From: a virus
Taxonomy: Duplodnaviria; Caudoviricetes
Strand: one strand, 5' to 3'
DNA length: 64,000 nucleotides
IMG/VR virus record: IMGVR_UViG_2919450847_000004
Span: 5,017 to 69,016 of that record
Of the stretch, positions 44,914 to 54,842 are shown piece by piece. The notes under the pieces were generated by a model. The model did no database searches. It had not been told where the DNA came from and worked only from the letters and a program-made list of their open reading frames with translations. Within the stretch, counting starts at the first letter, position 1; each line of letters opens with the position of its first letter. The translations under genes were made by a program, and so were the position numbers.

Positions 44914-46057
44914 CCGCTCCAGCATCGAATGGACGGATGCGACCTGGAATCCGGTCCGGGCGCGCAGCCTGCTCAAGACCGGCGGCATCGGCTGGCATTG
45001 CGAGAAGGTCTCCGACGGCTGCCGCAACTGCTACGCCGAACCGATGAACGTCGATCGTTTCGGCACCGGGCTCGCCTACAAGCCGGGCAATGCCGGCAAG
45101 GTCGAGATCTATCTCGATGAGGCTGTGCTTGCCCGGCCGCTGCACTGGCGCCGGCCACGCAAGATATTCCCCGGCTCCATGACCGATCTCTTCGGCGACT
45201 GGGTCACCGACGCGATGTTGGACCGGATCTTCGCCGTGATGCTGCTGGCGCCGCAGCACGTCTATCAGTTGCTTACCAAGCGGCCGGAGCGGATGCGCGC
45301 CTATATCGGCATGCCAGGCGAAGCGCGTGCCGCGCGCAACGACGCGATCCGCACCGCCATGGAGGATCTTTCTCCCGGCCACGGCAAGCCCTGGGCATTG
45401 CAGCCCCGGAATCCAAACATCTGGCTCGGGATCTCCGCGGAAGATCAGCGCACCTATGACGACCGGTCCGCCTCCATCCTCGACCTGGCGGGAGGTTTTC
45501 CTCTGTTCGTGTCCGCCGAGCCCCTGCTCGGTCCGATCGACCTCCGCTTCAACTGGGACCACTGCGACCTGTGCGGCGGCACGGGCATGCTCGCCCGCTG
45601 GCCACGCGGCAAATGCCACGTCTGCGGCGGCAAGGGCCAGGTCCTGATAAACGGCCAGCCCAACGGCAAGGGCTATCGGGCCTTCTCCTGGATCATCGCC
45701 GGCGGCGAGAGCGGCCCCCGCGCCCGCCCCATGCATCCGGCCGGCCCGATCAGCCTGCGCGATCAGTGCGCCTCGGCCGGCGTCGCCTTCCTCTTCAAAC
45801 AATGGGGCGAATGGATCGACGCCGATCAGTGGGTGCGGCTGCTGCATGTCGACGGATTCCGCTTCACCCATCTCGGTAAGCCCGTCGATCTGAATGCGCC
45901 TCTCTCTTTCGAGCTCGCCGCGGCACTCGCGCAAGAGATTGGCGCGCGCTTCGAATACCGGTCCGACGGCGGGACCTTCTTCCGCATCGGCAAGCGGCGC
46001 GCCGGCCGCCTCCTCGACGGCATCGAACACAATGCTTTCCCGGAGATCCGGCCATGA
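44906..46057 (+). CDS. DUF5131 (phage Gp37/Gp68) radical-SAM-like protein
   Basis: SSIEWTDATWNP...C.KVSDGC.NCYAE, SMTDLF, YQLLTKRPERM, FVSAEPLLG, WII.GGESG..ARPMHP, FLFKQWGEW. Confidence 0.92.
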   Translation: MADRSSIEWTDATWNPVRARSLLKTGGIGWHCEKVSDGCRNCYAEPMNVDRFGTGLAYKPGNAGKVEIYLDEAVLARPLHWRRPRKIFPGSMTDLFGDWVTDAMLDRIFAVMLLAPQHVYQLLTKRPERMRAYIGMPGEARAARNDAIRTAMEDLSPGHGKPWALQPRNPNIWLGISAEDQRTYDDRSASILDLAGGFPLFVSAEPLLGPIDLRFNWDHCDLCGGTGMLARWPRGKCHVCGGKGQVLINGQPNGKGYRAFSWIIAGGESGPRARPMHPAGPISLRDQCASAGVAFLFKQWGEWIDADQWVRLLHVDGFRFTHLGKPVDLNAPLSFELAAALAQEIGARFEYRSDGGTFFRIGKRRAGRLLDGIEHNAFPEIRP

Positions 46058-47085
46058 CGCGCAAGCTCGACGTGCGCCTGCACGACACCACCATGGGCAT
46101 CTGGCAGGACGATCCGAACGATCCGACCTTCAAGACGGACATCTTTGCCGGCATCCGCGGCTTGCTCTGGCGGCGCGGCTGGAAGGTCGGCGACGATCCG
46201 GCTTGCCACCATCGCAGCCTCCGGCCGTCGCATCGCCTCGCACGGAAAGGCAACCTGATCGCCTCCCTGCAAGTCGCCGGCCGGAGCATTGAATTCAAAT
46301 GCTGGGCTGAGACCTGGCCGAAGGACAATCAGAACGGCCACCGATACGACTTTAACAAGCGAGACCGTCTCGACTACATCGACCGGCTGAGCCTGGAGCT
46401 GGAAGAGCGGGCCATCATCCGCTGGTTGGAGGCGCGCGCCAGCCTCTCCGTGAGCCGCTCGCGCCCGTATCCGTCGACCGGACGCATCACCGCCCTCGAA
46501 TACATCGAGCAGGAGTATGCCGAAAGCTGGCATTCGGACAAGGCGCTGGGTCGCCCGGTCCCGACCGGCGATTACAATCGGAAATCTGCCGACGGCTTCA
46601 TGCTGGAGCATGGCGCCACCGTCTGGACGACGGATGAGAAGGGCCGGCTGATCCGCGGTACCGCCTTCTACCACATCAACAATATGTGGTGGGTGGTGAC
46701 GGGACGGCACGCGCTGGAGAACAAGGGCTGTCACGACATCTACGCCCGGCGCCCGGATAACGTCCGCCGCAAGCGGAACGGCCGCTCGCGTCGCTTCCGC
46801 CTGGAACGGGAGCTCGCCAACGCCATCCGGCGCGAGGATGAGAAGCGCGCCGAACTGCTTCAACAGATCCTGTTCAGTGACCAGCCGATCTATCGCATCT
46901 GGTCCCGGAAATGGAACGCTTATTACGGCCCCAACTATAGCGGCTACACAACCGACGAGGTGCGCGCCGGGCGCTACACACTGGCTGAGGCACGGCGCGA
47001 GGTCCGCCGGGTTTCGCACATCCTTCATGCCATCGGGCCCGACGGCCGCCGCGAAGATTTCGCGGGCGCCGAGGATGCGGCATGA
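46054..47085 (+). CDS. Conserved hypothetical phage protein
   Basis: 343-aa coupled ORF with phage-like codon usage. Confidence 0.7.
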   Translation: MTRKLDVRLHDTTMGIWQDDPNDPTFKTDIFAGIRGLLWRRGWKVGDDPACHHRSLRPSHRLARKGNLIASLQVAGRSIEFKCWAETWPKDNQNGHRYDFNKRDRLDYIDRLSLELEERAIIRWLEARASLSVSRSRPYPSTGRITALEYIEQEYAESWHSDKALGRPVPTGDYNRKSADGFMLEHGATVWTTDEKGRLIRGTAFYHINNMWWVVTGRHALENKGCHDIYARRPDNVRRKRNGRSRRFRLERELANAIRREDEKRAELLQQILFSDQPIYRIWSRKWNAYYGPNYSGYTTDEVRAGRYTLAEARREVRRVSHILHAIGPDGRREDFAGAEDAA

Positions 47086-47297
47086 GCGCGCCCACGCCGC
47101 GCACCTGGCGCGAGGTGTTCGAATGGCCCGCGGGCGAGCAGCTCACCGTCGATCAGATCGACGCCCGCTATCTCAGGCTGGCCAGTCTCTCTGGTCGCGA
47201 TCGTCCGTGCGGCAGCGCCGAGGCGAAAGCCGAGCTCGACCGCGCCTATGTCGAGGCGCGCCGCGAGCTCGCGGATGCCGAGGGTGGAGCGAGATGA
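47082..47297 (+). CDS. Small J-domain-like protein (degenerate)
   Basis: WREVF...IDARY.RLA...DR...AELDRAY.EA; lacks HPD. Confidence 0.45.
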   Translation: MSAPTPRTWREVFEWPAGEQLTVDQIDARYLRLASLSGRDRPCGSAEAKAELDRAYVEARRELADAEGGAR

Positions 47298-47758
47298 ACC
47301 TCCGCATCCTCAAGAAGCTCTCGAAGCGGGCGGCGCCTCTGCTCATCGCGCTCGGCGATGATCGTGAGCAGTTCCGATCTGAGCGGCATGAAAATTACCA
47401 CGGCATGCTCATCCGTGCCCGAAAGCACTTCGAGCGCTGCCCGTCCTGCCACACGGACCTATTCGGCGAACGGGAAATGGTGATCGAGCCGAGATGTCGG
47501 GCCGGCACGGGGCTTCCCTACGTGAAGCTCTATCCGCCGCACCATCCGCGCAAGGGAACCCTGATGGTCGGCGGCGTCTCGGGTGGTGAAGAACCGGAAT
47601 GGAGCGAGGAGTGCGCCTGGCTGGCGCTGCGCGAACAGGTCTACTGGTCATTCGTCGACTATGACGGCGAAGAACTGGTTCCGACGCGCCAGCTTCGCTC
47701 GCCCCGCGACTTCTTCCGCGCGGCCGAAGACCTCATTCGCAAGCGGAGGGCGGCATGA
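47294..47758 (+). CDS. Hypothetical phage protein
   Basis: GGAG RBS; coupled at both ends. Confidence 0.65.
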   Translation: MNLRILKKLSKRAAPLLIALGDDREQFRSERHENYHGMLIRARKHFERCPSCHTDLFGEREMVIEPRCRAGTGLPYVKLYPPHHPRKGTLMVGGVSGGEEPEWSEECAWLALREQVYWSFVDYDGEELVPTRQLRSPRDFFRAAEDLIRKRRAA

Positions 47759-48429
47759 GCATTCACACCCGCCTCTCCGCCCCGGCCATGCTCGCCGACG
47801 CCATGCCCATCTTCGTGAAGATGCGCGAATGGGCGGAGCCGGGCGTTCGGCTCAAGCTGGTCCGATGGTGGGGACCGGTCCAGGAGACCGATCCTCTGCG
47901 CTGGCTGCCGTGGATCATGCTGAATCCGTCGACGGCGAACGGCACGGCGAACGATCCGACCTTGCTGCGCATCATCCATTTCACGGCGCTGTGGGGCTTC
48001 AACGGCCTCTCCGTCTTCAACGTCTATCCCTTCCGCACGCCGTCGCCGCAGGAACTCGCCCGGACCGTCGTCGGCTGGCACCTGCGAGAGGATTGGGGCG
48101 TTCGCGATCAGATCCGGGATAATCACCGCTTCATCGCGAAGGACCTCGTCCACGCCGACGCCGCGATGGTGGCATGGGGCAGCCCAGGCGGCGCCCTCGG
48201 CGCCGACACGGATCTCTGGCTCGAGAGCCTGTTCGACACCATCAACGACCCGGACGGGCCGCGCTCCCACACGCTGAGGCTCTGGTGTCTCGGCATGACC
48301 AAGACCGGCGCGCCGATCCATCCGATGGCGCGCGGCAAGCACCGGGTGGCGAACGACGCCCGCCCGATCCCCTTCCCCAATCCCGGCACGATCTCCATCG
48401 GCGAGCCGGAGGAGCAGTGTCATGGGTGA
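47755..48429 (+). CDS. DUF1643 family protein
   Basis: WIMLNPSTA....NDPTL.RII.F...WGF.GL.V.NVYPFR...AWG...CLG.TK.G.P.HP. Confidence 0.9.
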   Translation: MSIHTRLSAPAMLADAMPIFVKMREWAEPGVRLKLVRWWGPVQETDPLRWLPWIMLNPSTANGTANDPTLLRIIHFTALWGFNGLSVFNVYPFRTPSPQELARTVVGWHLREDWGVRDQIRDNHRFIAKDLVHADAAMVAWGSPGGALGADTDLWLESLFDTINDPDGPRSHTLRLWCLGMTKTGAPIHPMARGKHRVANDARPIPFPNPGTISIGEPEEQCHG

Positions 48430-48748
48430 TGCAAAGCGAAAGAAACTCGCCCGAGATGCCAAGCCTCACGAAGTGTTTCCCGATGGACATGGGCCAGTGC
48501 AGAGCCACGTTGTCGACGTGATGAAGACTGCGCTGGACAGCCTGCGCGATGTTTTGCCGGGCTATGACTTCACTCTGTTTGCGAGCGAGCGCGAGGCTTC
48601 TGACGACCATCTACTGCCGCGCTTCAATTACATATCGACCGCCGAGCGCGCGGACATGGTCAACGTCCTTGCCGCCTTCATTCTGAAGAACAAGGACATG
48701 CTCTCCATCGACGCGGCGGTGGCCCGCGATCCTGAGGGTTCGGCATGA
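48422..48748 (+). CDS. Hypothetical protein
   Basis: Coupled ORF; FNYISTAERADM. Confidence 0.6.
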   Translation: MGDAKRKKLARDAKPHEVFPDGHGPVQSHVVDVMKTALDSLRDVLPGYDFTLFASEREASDDHLLPRFNYISTAERADMVNVLAAFILKNKDMLSIDAAVARDPEGSA

Positions 48749-49122
48749 AGGCGCCCCTCTGCCACTGGTGCGGGAACGGCCGCCTGCGGCCCACGCCCTG
48801 GTTTCGCACCTTGTCGTGCGACGTCTGCCGCGTCGGCAGCGCGGACCTGAACGGCCCGGCTTTCATAGGCTGCTGCATCCCGTTCTGCCGTGCCTCCCGT
48901 GGCGACCGGAAGGGCGACCCGCTCACAGCGCACATGGAATGGATCTGCTCCCGTCACTGGCGCGCCGTGCCGCGCCGGCTGAAGCAGCGGCGTGCCTCGC
49001 TCCGGCGGATGGAAGCCCGCACCAGCGATGCGGCCCGCCTTCAACGCATCCATGCAGCTGACGCCCGCGCCTGGTCCGCCTGCAAGCGCGCCGCCACCGA
49101 AGCGGCCGGAGGAATCGCATGA
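48745..49122 (+). CDS. Cys-rich hypothetical protein
   Basis: CHWC, CDVC, CCIPFC...ICSRHW. Confidence 0.6.
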   Translation: MKAPLCHWCGNGRLRPTPWFRTLSCDVCRVGSADLNGPAFIGCCIPFCRASRGDRKGDPLTAHMEWICSRHWRAVPRRLKQRRASLRRMEARTSDAARLQRIHAADARAWSACKRAATEAAGGIA

Positions 49123-51722
49123 ACGCGCCTCTCTCCTATCGGCAATTCCTCGAAGCCAAGATGAAGATCGCTCCCTCGACCGGCATCTCCGTGCCGCTGG
49201 ACGCCATTAACCCGGAGCTCAAGGACTTCACCCGGGCAATCGTCCAGTGGGCCGTTGCCGGCGGCCGTCGCGCCATCTTCGCGTCGTTCGGCCTGCACAA
49301 GACCGCGACGCAGATCGAGGCCTGCCGGCTGCTGATGGAACGCACCGGCGGCCGGGCGCTGATCGTCCTGCCGCTCGGCGTCCGCATCGAATTCTTCCGC
49401 GAGGCGCGGCAGCGCTTCCATGGCGCCCATGCCGTCAGCCTGAAATTCATCCAGTCCGCCGCGGAGATGGACGACGGCCGGCACATCTACCTGACGAACT
49501 ACGAGACGATCCGCGACGGCAAGCTCGATCCGAACCTGTTCGACATCGCCAGCCTCGACGAGGCGTCGATCCTGCGGAGCTTCGGCTCGAAGACCTTCCA
49601 GACGTTCCTCGCCCTGTTCGACAAGGTGCGGTTCCGTTTCGTCGCCACCGCCACGCCCTCGCCGAACCGGTTCAAGGAGCTGATCCACTACGCCGGGTTC
49701 CTCGGTGTCATGGACACCGGCCAGGCGCTGACCCGCTTCTTCCAGCGCAATTCGGAGAAGGCCGGCGACCTCACGCTCTACCCGCACAAGGAACACGAAT
49801 TCTGGATCTGGGTATCGACCTGGGCGGTGTTCCTGCAGAAGCCGTCGGACCTCGGCTTTTCCGACGAGGGTTATGACCTGCCGCCGCTCAAGGTGCGCTG
49901 GCACGAGGTGCCGGTCCAGTTGATCGGCTCGACGGCCGACCGTGACGGGCAGCTGGCGCTGATCCGGCCTGAGGCCAAGGGTCTGTCCGAGGAAGCACGC
50001 GAGCGCCGCGCTGCGCTGCCGGCCTGCATCGCCAAGCTGCAGGATATCGTCGCCGCCGATCCGGACAGCCATCGGGTCATCTGGCACGACCTCGAAGATG
50101 AGCGCCGCGCGATCGAGAAGGCGCTGCCCGGCGTGGTGTCGATCTACGGCGCCCAGCCGCTGGAGGAGCGCGAGCCTCTCATCGAGGGCTTCTGTGACGG
50201 CTGGATCAAGGACCTCGCCGCCAAGCCGGTAATGCTCGGCTCCGGCTGCAACATGCAGCGGTACTGCCACAAGGCGGTGTTCCTCGGCGTCGGACACAAG
50301 TTCAACGACTTCATCCAGGCGATCCACCGCATCCAGCGGTTCGGCCAACCCTTCGAGGTCGAGATCGACGTCATCTATCCCGAGAGCATGCGCCCGGCGC
50401 GCCGCGATCTCGAGGCGAAATGGGCGCGCCATGAGGAGATGGCGGCGCGCATGAGCGAGATCATCCGCAAATATGGCCTCAGCCAGGCCGGCATGGCCGA
50501 CGTGCTGAAGCGCTCGATCGGCGTGCAGCGCATAGAGGCCAGCGGCAACGGCTGGCTGGTGGCCAACAATGACTGCGTCGAGGAATGCCGGCGCATGGAG
50601 GCGGGCAGCGTCGACCTCATCGTTACGTCGATCCCCTTCAGCAACCACTACGAATACACGCCGACCTATGACGATTTCGGCCACACCGATGATGATGAGC
50701 ATTTCTTCGCGCAGATGGACTTCCTGACGCCGGAGCTGCTGCGGATCCTGAAGCCCGGCCGGGAATGCTGCATCCACGTCAAGGACCGGATCCTGTTCGG
50801 CTCGGTCACCGGCGCCGGCACGCCGACGGTGAACCCCTTCCACATGAAGACGGCCTTCCACTTCATGCGGCACGGCTTCGCCTACATGGGCATGGTGACC
50901 ATCGACACCGATGTCGTCCGCGAGAACAACCAGACCTATCGGCTCGGCTGGAGCGAGAACGCCAAGGACAGCACCAAGATGGGCTTCGGCAGCCCGGAAT
51001 TCGTGCTGGTGTTCCGGAAGCTCCCGACCGATCGCTCGCGCTCCTATGCCGACGAGCGCGTGACGAAGGAGATGCCCCGCGTCGAGATGCTCGACGGCCG
51101 CATCGTCGAGTTCGACGACAAGGGCCGGCCGGTGCCAGGCACGGGTTACAGCCGGGCACGCTGGCAGACCGATGCCCATGCGCGCTGGCGGTCCAGCGGC
51201 AACCGGCTGGCCACGGCCGAAGAGATCGCCGCCATGGATCCGGACGTGGTCGGCAAGGTCTTCAAGCAATTCAGCATGGAGACCGTCTACGACTACGAGA
51301 CGCACGTCCGCATCGGCGAGCTGCTGGACTATCGCGGCGTCCTGCCGGCCACCTTCATGGCGCTCTGGCCGGCGAGCTCCCGGCCGGACGTCTGGCATGA
51401 CGTCGATCGCATGCGCACGCTCAACACCATGCAGGCGTCGGCCGGCCGGGAGCTTCACGTCTGTCCGCTGCAGTTCGACGTCGTCGATCGCTGCATCAAT
51501 CGGTACTCAAGCCCGGGCGAGCTCGTCTTCGATCCGTTCGGCGGCCTCTTCACGGTCCCCTATCGCGCCCTGCACCTCGGGCGCCGCGGCCGCGCCGTCG
51601 AGCTCCACCCGGAATATTTCGTCGACGGCATCAAGCACCTGGAAGCCAAGGAGCGGGAGAAGGCGACGCCGTCCCTGTTCGACTTCCTCGCCGCCGGCGA
51701 TCAGACGGAGGCGGCGGAGTGA
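49119..51722 (+). CDS. SF2 helicase-like domain fused to N4/N6 (beta-class) DNA methyltransferase
   Basis: GLHKT, LDEAS, ATATPSPN, HRIQRFGQ; then VTSIPF (motif IV) and DPFGG (motif I). Confidence 0.9.
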   Translation: MNAPLSYRQFLEAKMKIAPSTGISVPLDAINPELKDFTRAIVQWAVAGGRRAIFASFGLHKTATQIEACRLLMERTGGRALIVLPLGVRIEFFREARQRFHGAHAVSLKFIQSAAEMDDGRHIYLTNYETIRDGKLDPNLFDIASLDEASILRSFGSKTFQTFLALFDKVRFRFVATATPSPNRFKELIHYAGFLGVMDTGQALTRFFQRNSEKAGDLTLYPHKEHEFWIWVSTWAVFLQKPSDLGFSDEGYDLPPLKVRWHEVPVQLIGSTADRDGQLALIRPEAKGLSEEARERRAALPACIAKLQDIVAADPDSHRVIWHDLEDERRAIEKALPGVVSIYGAQPLEEREPLIEGFCDGWIKDLAAKPVMLGSGCNMQRYCHKAVFLGVGHKFNDFIQAIHRIQRFGQPFEVEIDVIYPESMRPARRDLEAKWARHEEMAARMSEIIRKYGLSQAGMADVLKRSIGVQRIEASGNGWLVANNDCVEECRRMEAGSVDLIVTSIPFSNHYEYTPTYDDFGHTDDDEHFFAQMDFLTPELLRILKPGRECCIHVKDRILFGSVTGAGTPTVNPFHMKTAFHFMRHGFAYMGMVTIDTDVVRENNQTYRLGWSENAKDSTKMGFGSPEFVLVFRKLPTDRSRSYADERVTKEMPRVEMLDGRIVEFDDKGRPVPGTGYSRARWQTDAHARWRSSGNRLATAEEIAAMDPDVVGKVFKQFSMETVYDYETHVRIGELLDYRGVLPATFMALWPASSRPDVWHDVDRMRTLNTMQASAGRELHVCPLQFDVVDRCINRYSSPGELVFDPFGGLFTVPYRALHLGRRGRAVELHPEYFVDGIKHLEAKEREKATPSLFDFLAAGDQTEAAE

Positions 51723-51736
51723 TCACGGCTACGGCA

Positions 51737-52357
51737 CTACGATCCACCCACGATTTTGGAATTGGCGAGCACACTCGTCAGTGCGTTCGTAAGAGCTTCT
51801 TTCTCAATCCAGACCTCGCTTTGGCTCACGGCGAGGCGCGTCACGACGTTGTTATAGTCGGCAATGCGAAGATCAAGATCGATGACCTTCTCAATCGTCC
51901 TTATTCCAAGACGCCAAAGCTCCCCATAGCCCAAAACCGCTTCAATCGTTCGCAGTTTTCCGAGGTGCGAACTTGGAACCACTTCACCATCCGAACAAAA
52001 TTTGAGCCGCCTAAGGTAATTCTCGGCGTCTACCTGGATCATGGTCGCCGATCGCAGAAGCAGGATCATGACCGTACGCTGCCGAGCCTCTTGTTCTTCT
52101 TGAAGGGCTGCGAGTTCGTATTGCTGCATCATCACTTGCCTACGCGTGAGGCCGAAGGCAATCGCGGCCGCAATCAGTGTCATAAGCCCGCCGGCAACAC
52201 CGCCCCAGAAACCCAGCCAATCGGCACGGTGATCGCTGTCCGCCCAGGCAACAGGATCATCACAGAACGCAGCGAGAAGCGTGGCGCCAAGGATTGCGCC
52301 GAGTACCACGCCGGCGCCAATCAGCGGCCCCGGACTGTCCCAATTCGGTTTCCACAT
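51737..52357 (-). CDS. Antisense-oriented membrane protein (moron)
   Basis: Two TM helices (LIGAGVVLGAILGATLLAAF; WLGFWGGVAGGLMTLIAAAIAF), helical C-terminus; visibly lower GC than the flanks. Confidence 0.7.
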   Translation of the reverse strand: MWKPNWDSPGPLIGAGVVLGAILGATLLAAFCDDPVAWADSDHRADWLGFWGGVAGGLMTLIAAAIAFGLTRRQVMMQQYELAALQEEQEARQRTVMILLLRSATMIQVDAENYLRRLKFCSDGEVVPSSHLGKLRTIEAVLGYGELWRLGIRTIEKVIDLDLRIADYNNVVTRLAVSQSEVWIEKEALTNALTSVLANSKIVGGS

Positions 52358-52404
52358 ACCGCGAGGCTGCACGGTCGCCCTCAGGTTGTCGAGAGGCATG
52401 CAGC

Positions 52405-54381
52405 ATGAGCGAAGTAGAAATCCGCCACTTCCACATCTGCTGCGGCCTCGGCGGCGGCGCCAAGGGCTTCAACCGGGGCCGCGCACGCGTCGGCACGATG
52501 AACGCGCGCTTCCGCTGCATCGGCGGCGTCGACAGCGACGCGGCGGCGATCCGGGATTTCACCCGCGCCGCCGGCGTGCAGGGCACCGTGCTCAACCTGT
52601 TCAGCACCGAGCAATATATCGACTTCCATGATCGGCCGCCGCCGGCGGACTGGCGCGAGGCGACGACAGACGACATGCGTCGCGCCGCCCATGGCGAGCG
52701 CCCGCACATCGTGTTCGCCTCTTTCCCGTGCAAGGGCTTCTCCGGCCTGCTGTCGGAAACCAAGAGCCTCACCAAGAAGTACAAGGCGCTCAACAGCCTC
52801 AGCTTCCGTGGCCTGTGGCTGGCGCTCGAGGCGTGGAAGGACGATCCACCGGAGTTCTTCATCTTCGAGAACGTGCCGCGCATCGCCACGCGCGGCCGGC
52901 ACTTCGTCGATCAGCTGATCGCGCTGCTGCGCAGCTATGGCTATGTCGTCGCCGAGACGACGCACGATTGCGGCGTCGTTGGTGGCCTCGGGCAGAGCCG
53001 CAAGCGGTTCCTCATGGTCGCCCGCCACGCGGCGAAGGTCCCTCCCTTCCTCTACGAGCCGCCGAAGCGCCGGTTGCGCGGCGTCGGCGAGATCCTCGAA
53101 AAACTGCCGCTGCCCGGCGATGAAGATCGGGGCGGCCCGATGCATCGCATCCCGTCGCTTCAGTGGAAGACGTGGGTGCGCCTGGCCTTCGTCCAGGCCG
53201 GCTCGGATTGGCGGTCGCTGAACCGGCTCGCCATCGCCGACGGCGTGCTGCGCGACTATGGCATAGCGCCGGACACAGAATGGCAGGCGGGCGTTCTCGG
53301 CGTGCAGCCGTGGGGCCGTCACAGCGGCACGGTGACCGGCCGTGGTTCCCCGACCAACGGGACTTTCGCTGTTGCCGACCCTCGGGCGCCGGACGGCGCC
53401 CTCCAATATGGCAATTTCGGCGTCCGCGACTGGGAGGCTCCGACCGGCGCCGTGATCAACGTGAAGTCGCCCGGGCAAGGTGGCTTTGCCGTATCCGATC
53501 CGCGCCTGGAAGGCACACCGCGCTTCAACAACGTCTTCCGGATCGTCGGCTTCGGCGACCACTCGCCGGCCGTCGCCGGACCGGGCGGCCCCGCCGGCGG
53601 GCTGGCGGTGGCGGATCCTCGCCCGGCCGACCGCGATGACTACAAGCAGACGAAATACCGCGTCACCCGCATGGATGAGGCATCGGGCGTCGTCATCTCT
53701 GCATCGACCACCGGCAACGGCGCCTTCGCCGTGGCCGACCCGCGCACCGGCTATGGTCCGAACTCTCATCGCAACAAGCTGGCCATCGTCGACAGGGATC
53801 ACACGGCTGGCACGGTGACGGGCTCGGATCGTGTCGGCTCGGGCGCGCTCAGCGTCGCTGATCCCCGGCCGGCTGCGCTCAGCCGTGAGGACCGCACCGA
53901 GTACTTGACCGGCGGCCATTACGGCGTCACCGGCTGGGATCAGTCCACCGGCGCGGTGCCTGCCTTCGCGAAGAACAACAATGGCAACTGGTCCGTTGCC
54001 GATCCGCGCGAGCCGGAAGCGGCCCTTGCGGCGATCGAGGCTCTGCCGGCGCCGAACACCAACCTCGTCGCGATCATCCGCGCGCTCGACGGGACCTGGC
54101 ACCGGCCATTCACCACGCTGGAGCTCGCCGCCCTTCAGAGCCTCGTCGATCCCGAAACGCTCTTCACGCTCGAGGGCCGGTCCGATTCCGCGTGGCGCGA
54201 GCGCATCGGCAACGCCGTGCCGCCAGACGCCGCCGCCGCCATCGCCTCGGTGATGGGCCGCACGCTGCTGCTCGCCTGGGCCGGCGAGAGCTTCATGCTC
54301 TCCGCCGATCCGATCTGGGTGCAGCCGCTCACCGTCGCGCTTTCTGTCGACATCCCCAACATCGAAGGAGAGCTGTCGTGA
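52405..54381 (+). CDS. C5-cytosine DNA methyltransferase with repeat-expanded variable region
   Basis: CCGLGG (motif I variant), SFPCKGFS (PC), FENVP, Q.RKR, RIGNAVPP. Confidence 0.92.
   Translation: MSEVEIRHFHICCGLGGGAKGFNRGRARVGTMNARFRCIGGVDSDAAAIRDFTRAAGVQGTVLNLFSTEQYIDFHDRPPPADWREATTDDMRRAAHGERPHIVFASFPCKGFSGLLSETKSLTKKYKALNSLSFRGLWLALEAWKDDPPEFFIFENVPRIATRGRHFVDQLIALLRSYGYVVAETTHDCGVVGGLGQSRKRFLMVARHAAKVPPFLYEPPKRRLRGVGEILEKLPLPGDEDRGGPMHRIPSLQWKTWVRLAFVQAGSDWRSLNRLAIADGVLRDYGIAPDTEWQAGVLGVQPWGRHSGTVTGRGSPTNGTFAVADPRAPDGALQYGNFGVRDWEAPTGAVINVKSPGQGGFAVSDPRLEGTPRFNNVFRIVGFGDHSPAVAGPGGPAGGLAVADPRPADRDDYKQTKYRVTRMDEASGVVISASTTGNGAFAVADPRTGYGPNSHRNKLAIVDRDHTAGTVTGSDRVGSGALSVADPRPAALSREDRTEYLTGGHYGVTGWDQSTGAVPAFAKNNNGNWSVADPREPEAALAAIEALPAPNTNLVAIIRALDGTWHRPFTTLELAALQSLVDPETLFTLEGRSDSAWRERIGNAVPPDAAAAIASVMGRTLLLAWAGESFMLSADPIWVQPLTVALSVDIPNIEGELS
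53290..54009 (+). repeat. Six protein-level repeats of about 40 aa, each ending V(A/S)DPR
   Basis: FAVADPR, FAVSDPR, LAVADPR, FAVADPR, LSVADPR, WSVADPR. Confidence 0.9.
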
Positions 54382-54842
54382 AGGCGCTCACCGTCTGGCA
54401 ACCCTGGACAAGCCTGATCCTCTATGGCTGGAAACCCTACGAGTTCCGCGGCTGGCCGGCGCCAGTCAATCTCCGTGGCGAACGCATCGCGATCCATGCC
54501 GGCGCTCGGCCGGTAAGGGTGACCGAGGTTACCGACCTCATCTTGCGCCTTCGCGGTCCGGATGCCTGGACGACAAGCCTACGGCCCGAGGCGCTCGAAT
54601 TCCTCGAGCGGGTCAAGCTGACGCCCGGCATTCTCCCGCTCTCGCATGTGCTCTGCACCGTCGAGCTCGGCACGCCGGTCCGGTCCTGGGAGATCGTCGG
54701 CGAGTTCGGCGGCGTCATCAACGACAGCGACCGGGACAATCACTGCAACTGGGCATGGCCGGTCTCGAAGATCGAGCCGCTCGTTCCGCCGGTGCCCGCC
54801 AAGGGCGCCCAGGGCTTCTGGAACTGGGCGGGCTCTAAATGA
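54378..54842 (+). CDS. ASCH-domain protein
   Basis: MKALTVWQPW.SLI..GWKPYEFRGW......RIAIHAG...KGAQGFWNW. Confidence 0.88.
   Translation: MKALTVWQPWTSLILYGWKPYEFRGWPAPVNLRGERIAIHAGARPVRVTEVTDLILRLRGPDAWTTSLRPEALEFLERVKLTPGILPLSHVLCTVELGTPVRSWEIVGEFGGVINDSDRDNHCNWAWPVSKIEPLVPPVPAKGAQGFWNWAGSK

Noticed and set aside
47082-47297. Functional DnaJ co-chaperone
   Set aside because: The HPD motif is missing; kept only as a low-confidence J-like fold
49041-51458. Very long opposite-strand ORFs (805 aa here; also 23714-25672, 7826-9292, 52381-54102)
   Set aside because: Antisense shadows of well-supported genes in GC-rich DNA, with no recognisable motifs
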